Of a DNA stretch of 52,271 nucleotides, positions 1 through 8,704 are shown piece after piece. The stretch is from Thermoproteota archaeon (lineage in GTDB: Archaea > Korarchaeota > Korarchaeia > Korarchaeales > Korarchaeaceae): the NCBI GenBank assembly GCA_027491735.1, contig JAOZGP010000017.1, forward strand, positions 1 through 52,271, read 5' to 3'. The translations under genes were made by a program, and so were the position numbers. The notes under the pieces were generated by a model. The model searched no databases. It saw only the letters and a program-made list of their open reading frames with translations, and had not been told where the DNA came from. Every line of letters begins with the position of its first letter. Position 1 is the stretch's first letter.

Positions 1-74
1 ATTCGATGATGCATGGGCTCCGCTCGGGATGGGCGCGAGAGGAAGGGATAAGCCCGAGAGGGCTGAGCTTCGAC

Positions 75-187
75 AAGATAGATGTAGGGGGCTCTGTTCC
101 CCAGAAATCCCGTTGATGAGCGGAGAAGGGGGAGTTCTCCACTGCTTTTATAGCTTTCGATGCATTCGTAGCGGAGAACCAGAACGA
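75..187 (+). mobile_element. Right end / omega-RNA-like 3' segment of a decayed tnpB element (probably IS607-type)
   Basis: ATGTAGGGGGCTCTGTTCCCCAGAAA resembles the 'MWG..VPP' tail of archaeal tnpB. It is followed by a G-run, hairpin GTTCTCCACTGC(134-145)/GTAGCGGAGAAC(168-179) and terminal CAGAACG. The same architecture occurs on the minus strand at 30903-31010. Confidence 0.6.
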
Positions 188-194
188 ACCCCCT

Positions 195-665
195 ACAGTT
201 TTACGGACACCTAACTTTCCAGCGAAATACGAGATTACGGTATCAAATCTTCGATTAGTTCTTCCTGCAGAGACTTTTCCCCTTGTTTATCACAACTATT
301 TCAGTCTCACAGCTCTTGAGGAAATCTTCGAGGATTTTGAATTCGAACCTCGTTACCTGTCTAGATACGCTAATACAACCCTGAGACTTCTTTATTCATT
401 ACCATCTTCAGCAGTTTCTGAAAGTCCCTCCTGTTTTCCTTCAGTCCAGAACCTACATCCTTGCGAATCTCTACATCTCATCCCCTCTCCTTAGCATAAC
501 TCTTTATCAACTCCCTGCCTTTACTGAGTGTGAGATGAAACCTTGGCATTACAATCTTTCTCTCCTCTTATCTCTGACTCTGGAATTCTCCTCCTACTAG
601 AGTCCTAACACACCTCTATCTTCCCTTCTACATCTCACCTTTGAATAGTCCTGACCGTAACTCCA
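195..665 (-). pseudogene. tnpA: Degraded IS607-family TnpA (MerR-like HTH + serine recombinase)
   Basis: Minus-strand translation across frameshifts and stops gives GVTVRTIQR*D..RRIPESEI..(A)[95 protein letters not shown], all hallmark IS607 TnpA segments. Confidence 0.85.
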
Positions 666-729
666 AAGTAAATTTTACAGTTTTAAGTGTAACGATATTA
701 TCTAGATATTTCTCTGGAATCGGTGAGCA

Positions 730-1272
730 TTGGTGAGCATCAAAATTCTAATCAGAGGAAGGCCAGGATCGGGAAAATCAACAGTTATCTCGTTGATCAC
801 CGAGAGAATAAGGAATGCCAAAGAGGATCTGAGAATAGGAGGGATAATCACACCGGAGATCAGGTTTGGAAGGAGGAGAATTGGATTCAAGGTCATCGAC
901 GTCCTCACCGGAGATGAGATGATTCTCGCATCTGTCTCACTTCGAGGACCGAAGATCGGAAGATATTTCGTTAATGTAAGGGGTTTTGATGAATTTCTCA
1001 AGGCACATAGGACGAGTTGGGTTGGCAGCGAACTTGTGGTAATAGACGAGATAGGCAAGATGGAGCTCCTCAGTGAGACTTTCAGAAGATACGTCCTCAA
1101 CCTCATTGATTCGGAGAAGCCTTTTGTGGGAACAGCCCCATACTACAGGCTACCATTTCTCGATGAGATATTGAAGAGAAAAGACATTGAGGTTATGTGG
1201 ATAAAAAAAGAGTTTGCTGAGGCGGTGGCATCGGGGATCTCCAAGAGGATCATAGCCTCTCTGAAGCTATGA
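730..1272 (+). CDS. Nucleoside-triphosphatase, THEP1/NTPase_1 family
   Basis: Walker A GRPGSGKS, G-I-ITPEIR..GRRIGF, Walker B VVIDEIGKMEL; 180 aa. Confidence 0.92.
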   Translation: MVSIKILIRGRPGSGKSTVISLITERIRNAKEDLRIGGIITPEIRFGRRRIGFKVIDVLTGDEMILASVSLRGPKIGRYFVNVRGFDEFLKAHRTSWVGSELVVIDEIGKMELLSETFRRYVLNLIDSEKPFVGTAPYYRLPFLDEILKRKDIEVMWIKKEFAEAVASGISKRIIASLKL

Positions 1273-2883
1273 TCACGGATGGAGAGGTCCCCCTCCCATC
1301 ACGTGGATCGGTGGGTTCCAGCCGGCTATTATGGACATTGCCACCAGAGCTATGAATGAGAAGAGGGTCAGCTCCCTGAGGGCTGATGTGAGGTATCCCG
1401 TTCTTACTGTGCCGAGTGTCAGAGCGAGGAGAATGCTTGTTAGAAGACATTGCATCATAAGACCTTCCTTTAAGGTATCAGCTACGGCCTGAGAGGGAAC
1501 AGGGAGGTTGAGGAACGTCACCAGCACCACCATGCTCACTATCACAAACATGTAGGAGAGCATGGCTGTTATGTAGTTGCCCTTCTTGTCACCCTCCAGC
1601 TCATACCATACCTCCTTCGTTCTCATCATGAAATCAGATATCGTTTTGAAGGCGTCCTGTATATCGACACCAGAGCGGAGTGCCACTATTATCAGAAGAG
1701 CTGAGAGTCTAGATATCGACTGTCTCAGGGAGAGGGCTATGTTCTCTAGGATGTCTGAGTAAGGAAGCTTTAATTTTGCCCAATATTTTATTCTCAATAC
1801 CATATCCCTCAAAGACCTATAGCTGGCCTTCATGTCAAGAATAGCGCTTGAGAAGGACTTACCTGTCCTTAACTCTGTAAAGAGATCCTCCAAGAATGAA
1901 GGAAAGTCGAAAGCTATTCTGTAAAGCTTTCTTTCGATCTTTACTATTGACAGGGTTCCGGCCAGAGCTCCACATCCGATGGCAATGGCAAGTTTACCCC
2001 ATAGACTAGGATGGGCCAGGAACCTCATGAACTGTCCTGTCAGGGGGTCGGCCTGAAGGGAGGTAGGAATTATTCTGTAAAGGTAATTACTCGACACGAA
2101 CGCTGCCACTGCCACAGCAGCGAAGACCCCCCAGGATCTGAGGACATCCCTCTTAGAGAAGCTGAAATACTTGGGGATGAGTATCCTGAAAAGTATGAGG
2201 AAGAAAGGAGTTGGGAGAACTGATGTCAGAAGAACGAGGTTCGAGATGCCACCACCTCCGAATCCGCTCACAAGCGTCTGGAAGGTGAACATCATTATAG
2301 AGACGAAAGGAAACACCGTAGCTGTAAGCACGTAGATTATCAGGACCATCATCAGAAGCTCAACGGTTTTTTTTAGAGAGATCATGGTCTTCTCTATGGT
2401 TTCCTCTGTCTCCCTACGGAGCATCTCCCCTATGGCCTCCCCTCGGGTGAAATAATAGTCCCTTATCCTCATGAAGACGTTCTTCCAGGCCTCGCTGGGA
2501 GTTATCCTCGTGTTGAACTCGAGGCCTTCTATAGTTCCGGCAGCAAAAAGTCTATCCGCAGCTCTGTTAAAGAACTTGCAAACCTCCTCATCCTCAGAGA
2601 TCTGAGCCACAGATCTCAGGCTATCACCAACAGATCTGCCCGCATCCTGAAGAAGCCACAGCGTCGATAAATAAGCCCACATGTTCTTCTCCAGCTTGGA
2701 TGCTAGATTCATTCTGGAGAGGAGTGGGCTTATCAGAAAGAGCCCTACTGGAATGAAGGTTATAAGAAAAAGTCTTACCGGGTCTGTGAGAAATCCTGTT
2801 CTATAGGCTATCGAATCGAAAAGAAACATGAACCCCCCTATCATTGTTACCCTAAGGAGGAACCTGCCTAGCGTGGTTCTCAT
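1273..2883 (-). CDS. Type IV pilus membrane platform protein (TadC/PilC/ArlJ-like, two T2SSF domains)
   Basis: 536 aa with multiple TM segments and two T2SSF-like repeats (YLSTLWLLQDAGRSVGDSL; FPSFLEDLFTELRTGKSFSSAI); directly downstream of the secretion ATPase. Confidence 0.85.
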   Translation of the reverse strand: MRTTLGRFLLRVTMIGGFMFLFDSIAYRTGFLTDPVRLFLITFIPVGLFLISPLLSRMNLASKLEKNMWAYLSTLWLLQDAGRSVGDSLRSVAQISEDEEVCKFFNRAADRLFAAGTIEGLEFNTRITPSEAWKNVFMRIRDYYFTRGEAIGEMLRRETEETIEKTMISLKKTVELLMMVLIIYVLTATVFPFVSIMMFTFQTLVSGFGGGGISNLVLLTSVLPTPFFLILFRILIPKYFSFSKRDVLRSWGVFAAVAVAAFVSSNYLYRIIPTSLQADPLTGQFMRFLAHPSLWGKLAIAIGCGALAGTLSIVKIERKLYRIAFDFPSFLEDLFTELRTGKSFSSAILDMKASYRSLRDMVLRIKYWAKLKLPYSDILENIALSLRQSISRLSALLIIVALRSGVDIQDAFKTISDFMMRTKEVWYELEGDKKGNYITAMLSYMFVIVSMVVLVTFLNLPVPSQAVADTLKEGLMMQCLLTSILLALTLGTVRTGYLTSALRELTLFSFIALVAMSIIAGWNPPIHVMGGGPLHP

Positions 2884-2905
2884 GCCTGCGCTCTCGAAGA
2901 AGAAC

Positions 2906-4417
2906 TCACTTCGCAGGTACTTTCACCTCCTTCTCTTTTCTCTTCTCCCTAACCCTTCTCTCAAGCTCAGCCATCTTATTGAGGTATTCCTCATAGAGGG
3001 CGTCGAGGGGTAAGTTGTACCTTACGTGTATCTCCTCCAGGAGCTTGCTATCCCTCAAGGGATCGCCCACCAGTCCGAGATCCGGCTGCCTGATGAACAA
3101 GTCATGCAGCACCACGTCCTGCCTGATGTCATCGTAAAGAATTTCTGCTATCCTAAATACTCCTCTCGAGGTTCCTTCCCTCCTATTGAGCACTGCTATC
3201 TTGAAGCTAGCTATCTGCTCAGCTGTCAGATTTATCGGATCAGATTTGAGTCTCTGTATGAGACCCTCTAGTGTGTTACTGTGGAACGTTGTAAGGCTCG
3301 TGTGTCCCAGGTTTATGAACTGAATGAGAAGTCTCGTCTCAGCCCCTCTGCTTTCGCCCACAACAACGTAGTCTGGCCTCATCCTCAGAACGTCTCTCAA
3401 TAGATCCGGAATCTCCATCCCCCTCTCGCCCATCCCAGGAGGTTGCCCTATAAGTGAGGTCCAGTTTCCATGAAGTGGTAGATATATCTCTGGGGTGTCC
3501 TCGACCGTAACTATGTGAGCCTGCCTTGGAAGCAGGGATAGAAGAGCATTGAGAAGAGTCGTCTTGCCTGATCCCGTCTCCCCGACTATGAAGCCAGACA
3601 TCCCGTGTTCCACCACAAGCCAGAGATATGCCGCCGCTTCCATCGTCAGAGCTCCGTACATTATCAAGTCCTCAATGCTAGGTCTTTTTGTGAACCTCCT
3701 CACCGTGAATATAGTTCCTCCACCACTCATGGCTGAACCAAAGAGTGCATGCACTCGGCTTCCGTCAGGGAGCCGACCTTCGAGTCTAGGTTTCGCAAGG
3801 GAGATCTGTTTCCCTATATGTTCAGCGAACTTGAGAACGATTCTCCTAGCGTCATCCTCCTGTAGGTTTATCTCAGTTCTCAACCAGTTGGCCACGTCAG
3901 CACAGTAAACATAAACATATCTGGAACCCCTGGCCGGGAGAGTGAGGTCCTCTATGTAGGGATCGTGCATCAGAGGGTCTATCGGACCGAAGCCCTCTAT
4001 GTCCCTGTACAGATGGTATATTATGTTGTTCTTCAGTCTCTCATCCATGGGGAGTTTGAGGGATTTCATCGCTCTGGTAGCTGCCTCCTCATAAATCTCT
4101 TCCATCTTTTCTTTGGATGAAAGATCTACTTTTAGAAGCACATACTCCTTGCCTATGTTCAGGAGATCCTCGGCATATTCCTCAGGGAGTTGAGCCTCCA
4201 CTAACACGTAGGTGTTACCTCTGATACCCCTGTAGGCGAAATCGGGAACAAGTTCCACGACATTGCTAAGGTTCATTGACTCTATCACATCTCTCGGATG
4301 AGGAAGATCTACTCTCTCCAGCCTCTTTCTCCTCTTTTTCTCCTTCTTCTCTGATTTCTGTTCTTTAGTTTTGTCTTTTTTCCTTCTTCTGAGGGAGAAC
4401 TTGGGCATCTTTACCAA
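2906..4417 (-). CDS. Type IV pilus assembly ATPase (PilB/TadA/ArlI-like, VirB11 family)
   Basis: GFGPIDPLMHDPYIED, Walker A GETGSGKT, Asp box TVEDTPE, LRMRPDYVVVGESRG, His box GHTSLTTFH. Confidence 0.93.
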   Translation of the reverse strand: MVKMPKFSLRRRKKDKTKEQKSEKKEKKRRKRLERVDLPHPRDVIESMNLSNVVELVPDFAYRGIRGNTYVLVEAQLPEEYAEDLLNIGKEYVLLKVDLSSKEKMEEIYEEAATRAMKSLKLPMDERLKNNIIYHLYRDIEGFGPIDPLMHDPYIEDLTLPARGSRYVYVYCADVANWLRTEINLQEDDARRIVLKFAEHIGKQISLAKPRLEGRLPDGSRVHALFGSAMSGGGTIFTVRRFTKRPSIEDLIMYGALTMEAAAYLWLVVEHGMSGFIVGETGSGKTTLLNALLSLLPRQAHIVTVEDTPEIYLPLHGNWTSLIGQPPGMGERGMEIPDLLRDVLRMRPDYVVVGESRGAETRLLIQFINLGHTSLTTFHSNTLEGLIQRLKSDPINLTAEQIASFKIAVLNRREGTSRGVFRIAEILYDDIRQDVVLHDLFIRQPDLGLVGDPLRDSKLLEEIHVRYNLPLDALYEEYLNKMAELERRVREKRKEKEVKVPAK

Positions 4418-4429
4418 CTCTTAGGTGAG

Positions 4430-4450
4430 GAAAGACATTATAAAAGGTAT
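4430..4450. promoter_or_regulatory. Putative bidirectional TATA box between the ATPase and pilin genes
   Basis: TTATAAAA at 4438-4445 in a 64-bp divergent spacer; on the minus strand TTTTATAA lies about 21-28 nt upstream of the ATPase TTG. Confidence 0.45.
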
Positions 4451-4481
4451 TGCATCAGGAAGTTAGTCTTGAGGTCTGATC

Positions 4482-4928
4482 ATGAGGAGATCTGGTGGTA
4501 TATCCAACGTCGCTATAGTGGTCATTTTGATGGTCCTGGGGGTTATCCTTGCGATCTTAGTCTACTTCGTTGCCAGTGGAGCCACAGTAGGATGGTTCAG
4601 GACCAGAAGTTCCAGTTATGCAGCTACAAACCTGGAGATAGTTGGGTTTACTCCGACAGATCCTCCTGATCATCCACAGGCGTCCGTTCTGATCAAAAAC
4701 ATTGGACCTGTTTCAGTCCACTACGACAATATCCAAGATTGGCAGGTCTTCATTGACGAGCGCCAATGCTCAGTAGCCCTCCTCAATCCTCCTCCTCCAA
4801 ACGACTTAGATGTGAACAGACAGTTGAACATAACCTTGAGCTGTTATGTCGATCCCACGACCTCACACACAATCAAGGTATTCGGGCCTCAGGCCACTCA
4901 GGCATTCGCCGGTTGGAGTCCAGGTTGA
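4482..4928 (+). CDS. Archaeal type IV pilin (class III signal peptide)
   Basis: MRRSGG/ISNVAIVVILMVLGVILAILVY: basic leader, Gly at -1, hydrophobic helix; beta-rich domain with IKNIG motif and a Cys pair. Confidence 0.85.
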   Translation: MRRSGGISNVAIVVILMVLGVILAILVYFVASGATVGWFRTRSSSYAATNLEIVGFTPTDPPDHPQASVLIKNIGPVSVHYDNIQDWQVFIDERQCSVALLNPPPPNDLDVNRQLNITLSCYVDPTTSHTIKVFGPQATQAFAGWSPG

Positions 4929-5641
4929 GATCATTGCTCAGTCCTTTGGTCCCATCTTTAATATCTGTAGGCATGTTGTTCGCTGCTAGCTATCAGGACC
5001 TCAAGTACAGGATGATAGATGATAAGATCTGGGTTCTTTTTTCAACGTTGGGCATTCTGGCGGACATCTTCCTCGTCAGAGAGAACTGGTTTATTTATTT
5101 GTGGAGCTGTGTTCCCCTGACAGTTGTGCTTGTTTTTGCCTGGATCCTGAAGGTCATGGGGGAGGCAGATGTGTTAGCATACGCCTCTTTACTTGTGACA
5201 CAACCTGTATACCTGTTCGGTTGTGGATATATGCCTCCTGCTATGTCCACATTCATATACTCAAACGCTCTCTTTTCGATGACACTGCTCTACAATTTGG
5301 CCGTCAACCTCAGAAACCTCCGAGAGGGAATCTTCGATGGATTCAAGGAGACGCTCATCAGAAAGGTTTTGGCCATGTTCGTGGCTAGAGCAGTTCCTCG
5401 CAGCAGATTTGAAGATTTCAGATATGCCAGCCTAGCAGAAGCAATGACCGAAGGAACGAGAAGGTTTGTTTTTAGCTCAGCTTTATCTCCTGTAAGGGAA
5501 GAAAAGGTTCCCATTGAGGGAAAGAAGAATGAATATGTTTGGATCATTCCAGCATATCCTCTCCTACCATTCATCCTTGCGGGACATTTGATCACGCTAA
5601 GCCTTGGTGGACCCATCGCTCTCCTCTTTTATCCACGGTAA
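4925..5641 (+). CDS. Prepilin peptidase (A24, FlaK/PibD-like)
   Basis: YQDLKYRMI (first catalytic Asp), MGEAD (GxxD), C-terminal WIIPAYPLLPFILAG. In-frame TTG at 4925 overlaps the pilin TGA and is preferred over the ORF-track start at 4766. Confidence 0.88.
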   Translation: MRSLLSPLVPSLISVGMLFAASYQDLKYRMIDDKIWVLFSTLGILADIFLVRENWFIYLWSCVPLTVVLVFAWILKVMGEADVLAYASLLVTQPVYLFGCGYMPPAMSTFIYSNALFSMTLLYNLAVNLRNLREGIFDGFKETLIRKVLAMFVARAVPRSRFEDFRYASLAEAMTEGTRRFVFSSALSPVREEKVPIEGKKNEYVWIIPAYPLLPFILAGHLITLSLGGPIALLFYPR

Positions 5642-6462
5642 TAGCAAGGATGTATAAGCAGATACACAACCCATCCGAGCTTATCATGGCGGACTTCAGC
5701 TATCCAGTCGACCAGATGTCCCATGTTATCGGCCAAGGCCCTGTGTTGATATTTTCTTATTACGGGAAGGACCGTCAGGTAACATTCTGCCTCCAGTCCG
5801 AAGTCCTGAATGGTCTTGTTGGCCATTTTAAACATCTCAAAGTTCGGTATGGGCATGTCTGCCTTGTTGCAATGAGCACAAACTGTTTTGATGGGGACTA
5901 GAGAGCGCATTATCTCCAAGTCCAGTTTGAAAAGCTGAATCGCCCTTGTGGCGTTGTAGTTAGCCACATAAAGATCCTCGTAGTGAAGACCAACATCAAA
6001 TCCCCAATCAGCGATCTGCTTTATCTCATTGGAGACATCGGAAGACAGAACGTTGTACTTGGCCCTAACCCTGAAGTAATAGGAGGCGTTTATTCCGAGC
6101 TCATGCTCCATCCTCGCCATCTTAAATGCTGTCTCTGGGTCGTGGTCAACATCGTGTCTCAGAATGACCGTCACCCTATCTTTAGGCGGACGCCACCCCT
6201 TTCTTACGAGCCACACGAACTGCCTCACATTAAGCACTAGGTATCTGGGTTTTTTTAGCTCGAGAAGGAATTCCTTGTAGTATTTCAAGGTCCCTATCCT
6301 CTTCTCCGAGGGAAGCAACCGATGTTCTTCCTGAGCTGAGCCGGGAAGCTCTGAGATATAGATATTTTTCTTCTTTCCCAGGAACATCGGAGCCACTGCC
6401 ACGATCAGGAGCATCAAAGATGCTACAAGAACAATCAGGAGGACACACCTATGATCCTTCAT
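5629..6462 (-). CDS. Membrane-anchored/secreted polysaccharide deacetylase-like protein (NodB/CE4-like fold)
   Basis: N-terminal hydrophobic helix; ILRHDVD, ASYYF, VGLHYE, CAHCN and LIHP motifs. Confidence 0.7.
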   Translation of the reverse strand: MKDHRCVLLIVLVASLMLLIVAVAPMFLGKKKNIYISELPGSAQEEHRLLPSEKRIGTLKYYKEFLLELKKPRYLVLNVRQFVWLVRKGWRPPKDRVTVILRHDVDHDPETAFKMARMEHELGINASYYFRVRAKYNVLSSDVSNEIKQIADWGFDVGLHYEDLYVANYNATRAIQLFKLDLEIMRSLVPIKTVCAHCNKADMPIPNFEMFKMANKTIQDFGLEAECYLTVLPVIRKYQHRALADNMGHLVDWIAEVRHDKLGWVVYLLIHPCYYRG

Positions 6463-6502
6463 GGATACCGACCTAATGATCCGAGGTCATAAAGTGAACA
6501 TC

Positions 6503-6654
6503 CTCTGTTGAGCAATTCAAGCTTTCGCTTTGCCGTGCCGGTTTGATGGATTTGCACCTGATGACCCTTGTTATCTCCACAGTTCTTCATGCAGTTCTCT
6601 GAGTATAAAAAATTAACTGCCTCCTACCAGCCTTGCCCATCTCTCCTCTAATTC
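6503..6654 (-). mobile_element. 5' fragment (upstream region + tnpB start) of an IS200/IS605-type element, homologous to 40044-40185
   Basis: Reverse complement GAATTAGAGGAG..GGTAGGAG..TATACTCAGAGAACTGCATGAAGAACTGTGGAGATAACAAGG..ATCAGGTGCAA..CAAAGCGAAAGCT..ATTGCTCAAC aligns by eye with the + strand at 40044-40182. Confidence 0.8.
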
Positions 6655-6861
6655 GTTCTCTCATTGAAGTGAGAGGCTTTCTCAACGACTTTTCCTGATA
6701 AATTTTACAACACGTCGCCTGGAAAAGATCCTCAATTCAATGAGGAAACGAATTGAGAGCACATCTTCATAGAAGATTATAGACTAAGACGTTTTTTCAT
6801 GTGATATCTTTAAATTCTCGGAACGAAAGGTCTGTCACTCAACGAGGAGAAGGATGGTAGA

Positions 6862-7281
6862 ATGTCCGGAGTTACGAAGAAGGTGATGGACCTCACACCT
6901 GGTTCTGATAACATCGAGATCAGGGTCAGGGTCCTTGAGGTCACTGAACCTCGTGTGGTGGAAACTAGAAGTGGAAGCAGAACCCTTTCCGAGGCTATAG
7001 TTGGGGATGAGACGGGGAGGGTCAGTCTGACTTTGTGGGGAGAACACGCAGGAAAACTAGCTGAGGGACAGGCAATAGCAATACACAACGCTTTCGCAAC
7101 AGCCTATAGGGGAAAGGTTCAGCTGAATGTTGGAAAGAGAGGAAGCATAGAGGAAATAGATGATTCTGAGGTGGTCAAGGCAGAGGAGGTTCCCGAGGAT
7201 TCTCCGGAGGCCCCTGAGAACTGGAGGCCGAGAAGGAGGTACGGTGGGGGATATTCCAGAGGATATAGAAGAAGATTCTAA
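6862..7281 (+). CDS. ssb: Single-stranded DNA-binding protein (single OB fold, crenarchaeal type)
   Basis: VGDETGRVSLTLWG OB-fold motif, QLNVGK, acidic linker and Arg/Gly/Tyr-rich tail. Confidence 0.9.
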   Translation: MSGVTKKVMDLTPGSDNIEIRVRVLEVTEPRVVETRSGSRTLSEAIVGDETGRVSLTLWGEHAGKLAEGQAIAIHNAFATAYRGKVQLNVGKRGSIEEIDDSEVVKAEEVPEDSPEAPENWRPRRRYGGGYSRGYRRRF

Positions 7282-7402
7282 GGGGATTTTTTCCCCAAAG
7301 ACCTGAGCACTCGGTTTTTGGTCTATATTTTCGTTTTTTGATAAATGCTTAAAGCTAGGTTAAGAGTTTTATCTTTCAGCCGGACGCAGTCTGGGGGATC
7401 TC

Positions 7403-8704
7403 ATGAATGAGGTTAAGCATAGGGCCTTTGATTTTGCCACTTGGACTCATCTCATACCTGAATCTGAGATAAGAGCCCTCTTGAGATATAAGGTGAAGTA
7501 TTACTTCGCTGGAGGTAAGCCTGGAGTTCTGCCTCTATCCATTTTGCCTAGGATACTTGTTGAGATGGGATTAGATGACTTCAAGCTAGTCATAGAAGGG
7601 GGAGAGATGAGAAAGGAAGCCATAGACCACTACAACTACTCCTCCTCTGAGGGCATACCTGAGCTGAGGAAGGTTCTAGCGGATCTCATGATCAGGAGGG
7701 ACCACCTGCCCCTCGACAGGGAGACAGGATGGAGGGATGTCATCATAACGACAGGTTCCCAGCAAGCCATATATGCGATAATGGACGTTCTTCTAGATCC
7801 AGGAGATATAATAGTTGTTCCAAGACCGGTATACCTAGGCTTTGTCAATGTAGCATGTAAGTTTGGGGCAAGGATCGTTACAGTTCCCCAGGACAAGGAG
7901 GGAATTGTTCCGGAGCATGTTGATAAGGCAATGGAGCTTGTCAAGAAGGAGTTTGGAAGATATCCTGAGTTTGTGTACGTCGTTCCTGATTCAGACAACC
8001 CCACAGGGACTACAATGCCTGAATCCAGGAGAAGAGAGCTTTACAATATCGTCTCCTCATATGGATCCCTGATCATAGAGGACGCCGCTTACAGGGAGAT
8101 ACAGTTCGGTGAAAAGAAACTAGATCCCATAAAGGCTTTGGACAAGGGTAACGAGAACGTGATATATCTCAGAACGACGAGTAAAGAGGTTGCGGTAATA
8201 AGAGTGGGCTACTCGATCATGCCGAAGGTTATAGCCGAACAGGTGATAAAGTGTAAGGGCTATCTAGATCTTTGTACCCCAGTGCTCGCCCAGAGATTTG
8301 CTTTCTACTACTACAAGAGGTATTTCGAGAAGTACATAGACGAGGTCAGGAGAGAGTATGAGAGGAGGTGCAACACCATGGCCAAGGCTATGGATGAGAC
8401 CTTCCCTGAGGGTGAGAGGACCTATCCCACTGGAGGATTCTTCATATGGTGGGATTCTGCCAAGCAGGACTTCGACTCGAAGAAGTTCCTGATGGATGTC
8501 GCTCTCAAGGAAGACGTTGCCTACGTTCCGGGTAAGGCCTTCTATCCGCTGAGAGGGTATGCCTACGATCCAGAGACCAAAAGCATAAGGGACAATGTGG
8601 TAGAGACCAGTGGAATGAGGCTGAGCTACTCTTACCTGAGTGTGGAGGAGATAGATAAAGGGATGAGAAAACTGGGGGAGATCCTGAGGAGGCATTTGGG
8701 ATGA
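7403..8704 (+). CDS. PLP-dependent aminotransferase class I/II (ARO8/LysN-like)
   Basis: ITTGSQQA, DNPTG, IIEDAAY, TTSK (PLP Lys), RVGY, GGFFIW, MRLSY. Confidence 0.9.
   Translation: MNEVKHRAFDFATWTHLIPESEIRALLRYKVKYYFAGGKPGVLPLSILPRILVEMGLDDFKLVIEGGEMRKEAIDHYNYSSSEGIPELRKVLADLMIRRDHLPLDRETGWRDVIITTGSQQAIYAIMDVLLDPGDIIVVPRPVYLGFVNVACKFGARIVTVPQDKEGIVPEHVDKAMELVKKEFGRYPEFVYVVPDSDNPTGTTMPESRRRELYNIVSSYGSLIIEDAAYREIQFGEKKLDPIKALDKGNENVIYLRTTSKEVAVIRVGYSIMPKVIAEQVIKCKGYLDLCTPVLAQRFAFYYYKRYFEKYIDEVRREYERRCNTMAKAMDETFPEGERTYPTGGFFIWWDSAKQDFDSKKFLMDVALKEDVAYVPGKAFYPLRGYAYDPETKSIRDNVVETSGMRLSYSYLSVEEIDKGMRKLGEILRRHLG

Noticed and set aside
29-214. 61-aa ORF
   Set aside because: Lies over IS right-end hairpins; no recognisable protein family.
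4766-4924. N-terminal extension of the prepilin peptidase in the ORF track
   Set aside because: Overlaps the pilin gene in another frame; TTG 4925 gives a normal coupled start.
6555-6605. TGATGA...CTGA pair suggesting a box C/D sRNA
   Set aside because: Short, with no convincing internal D'/C' boxes, and better explained as the antisense strand of the tnpB 5' repeat.
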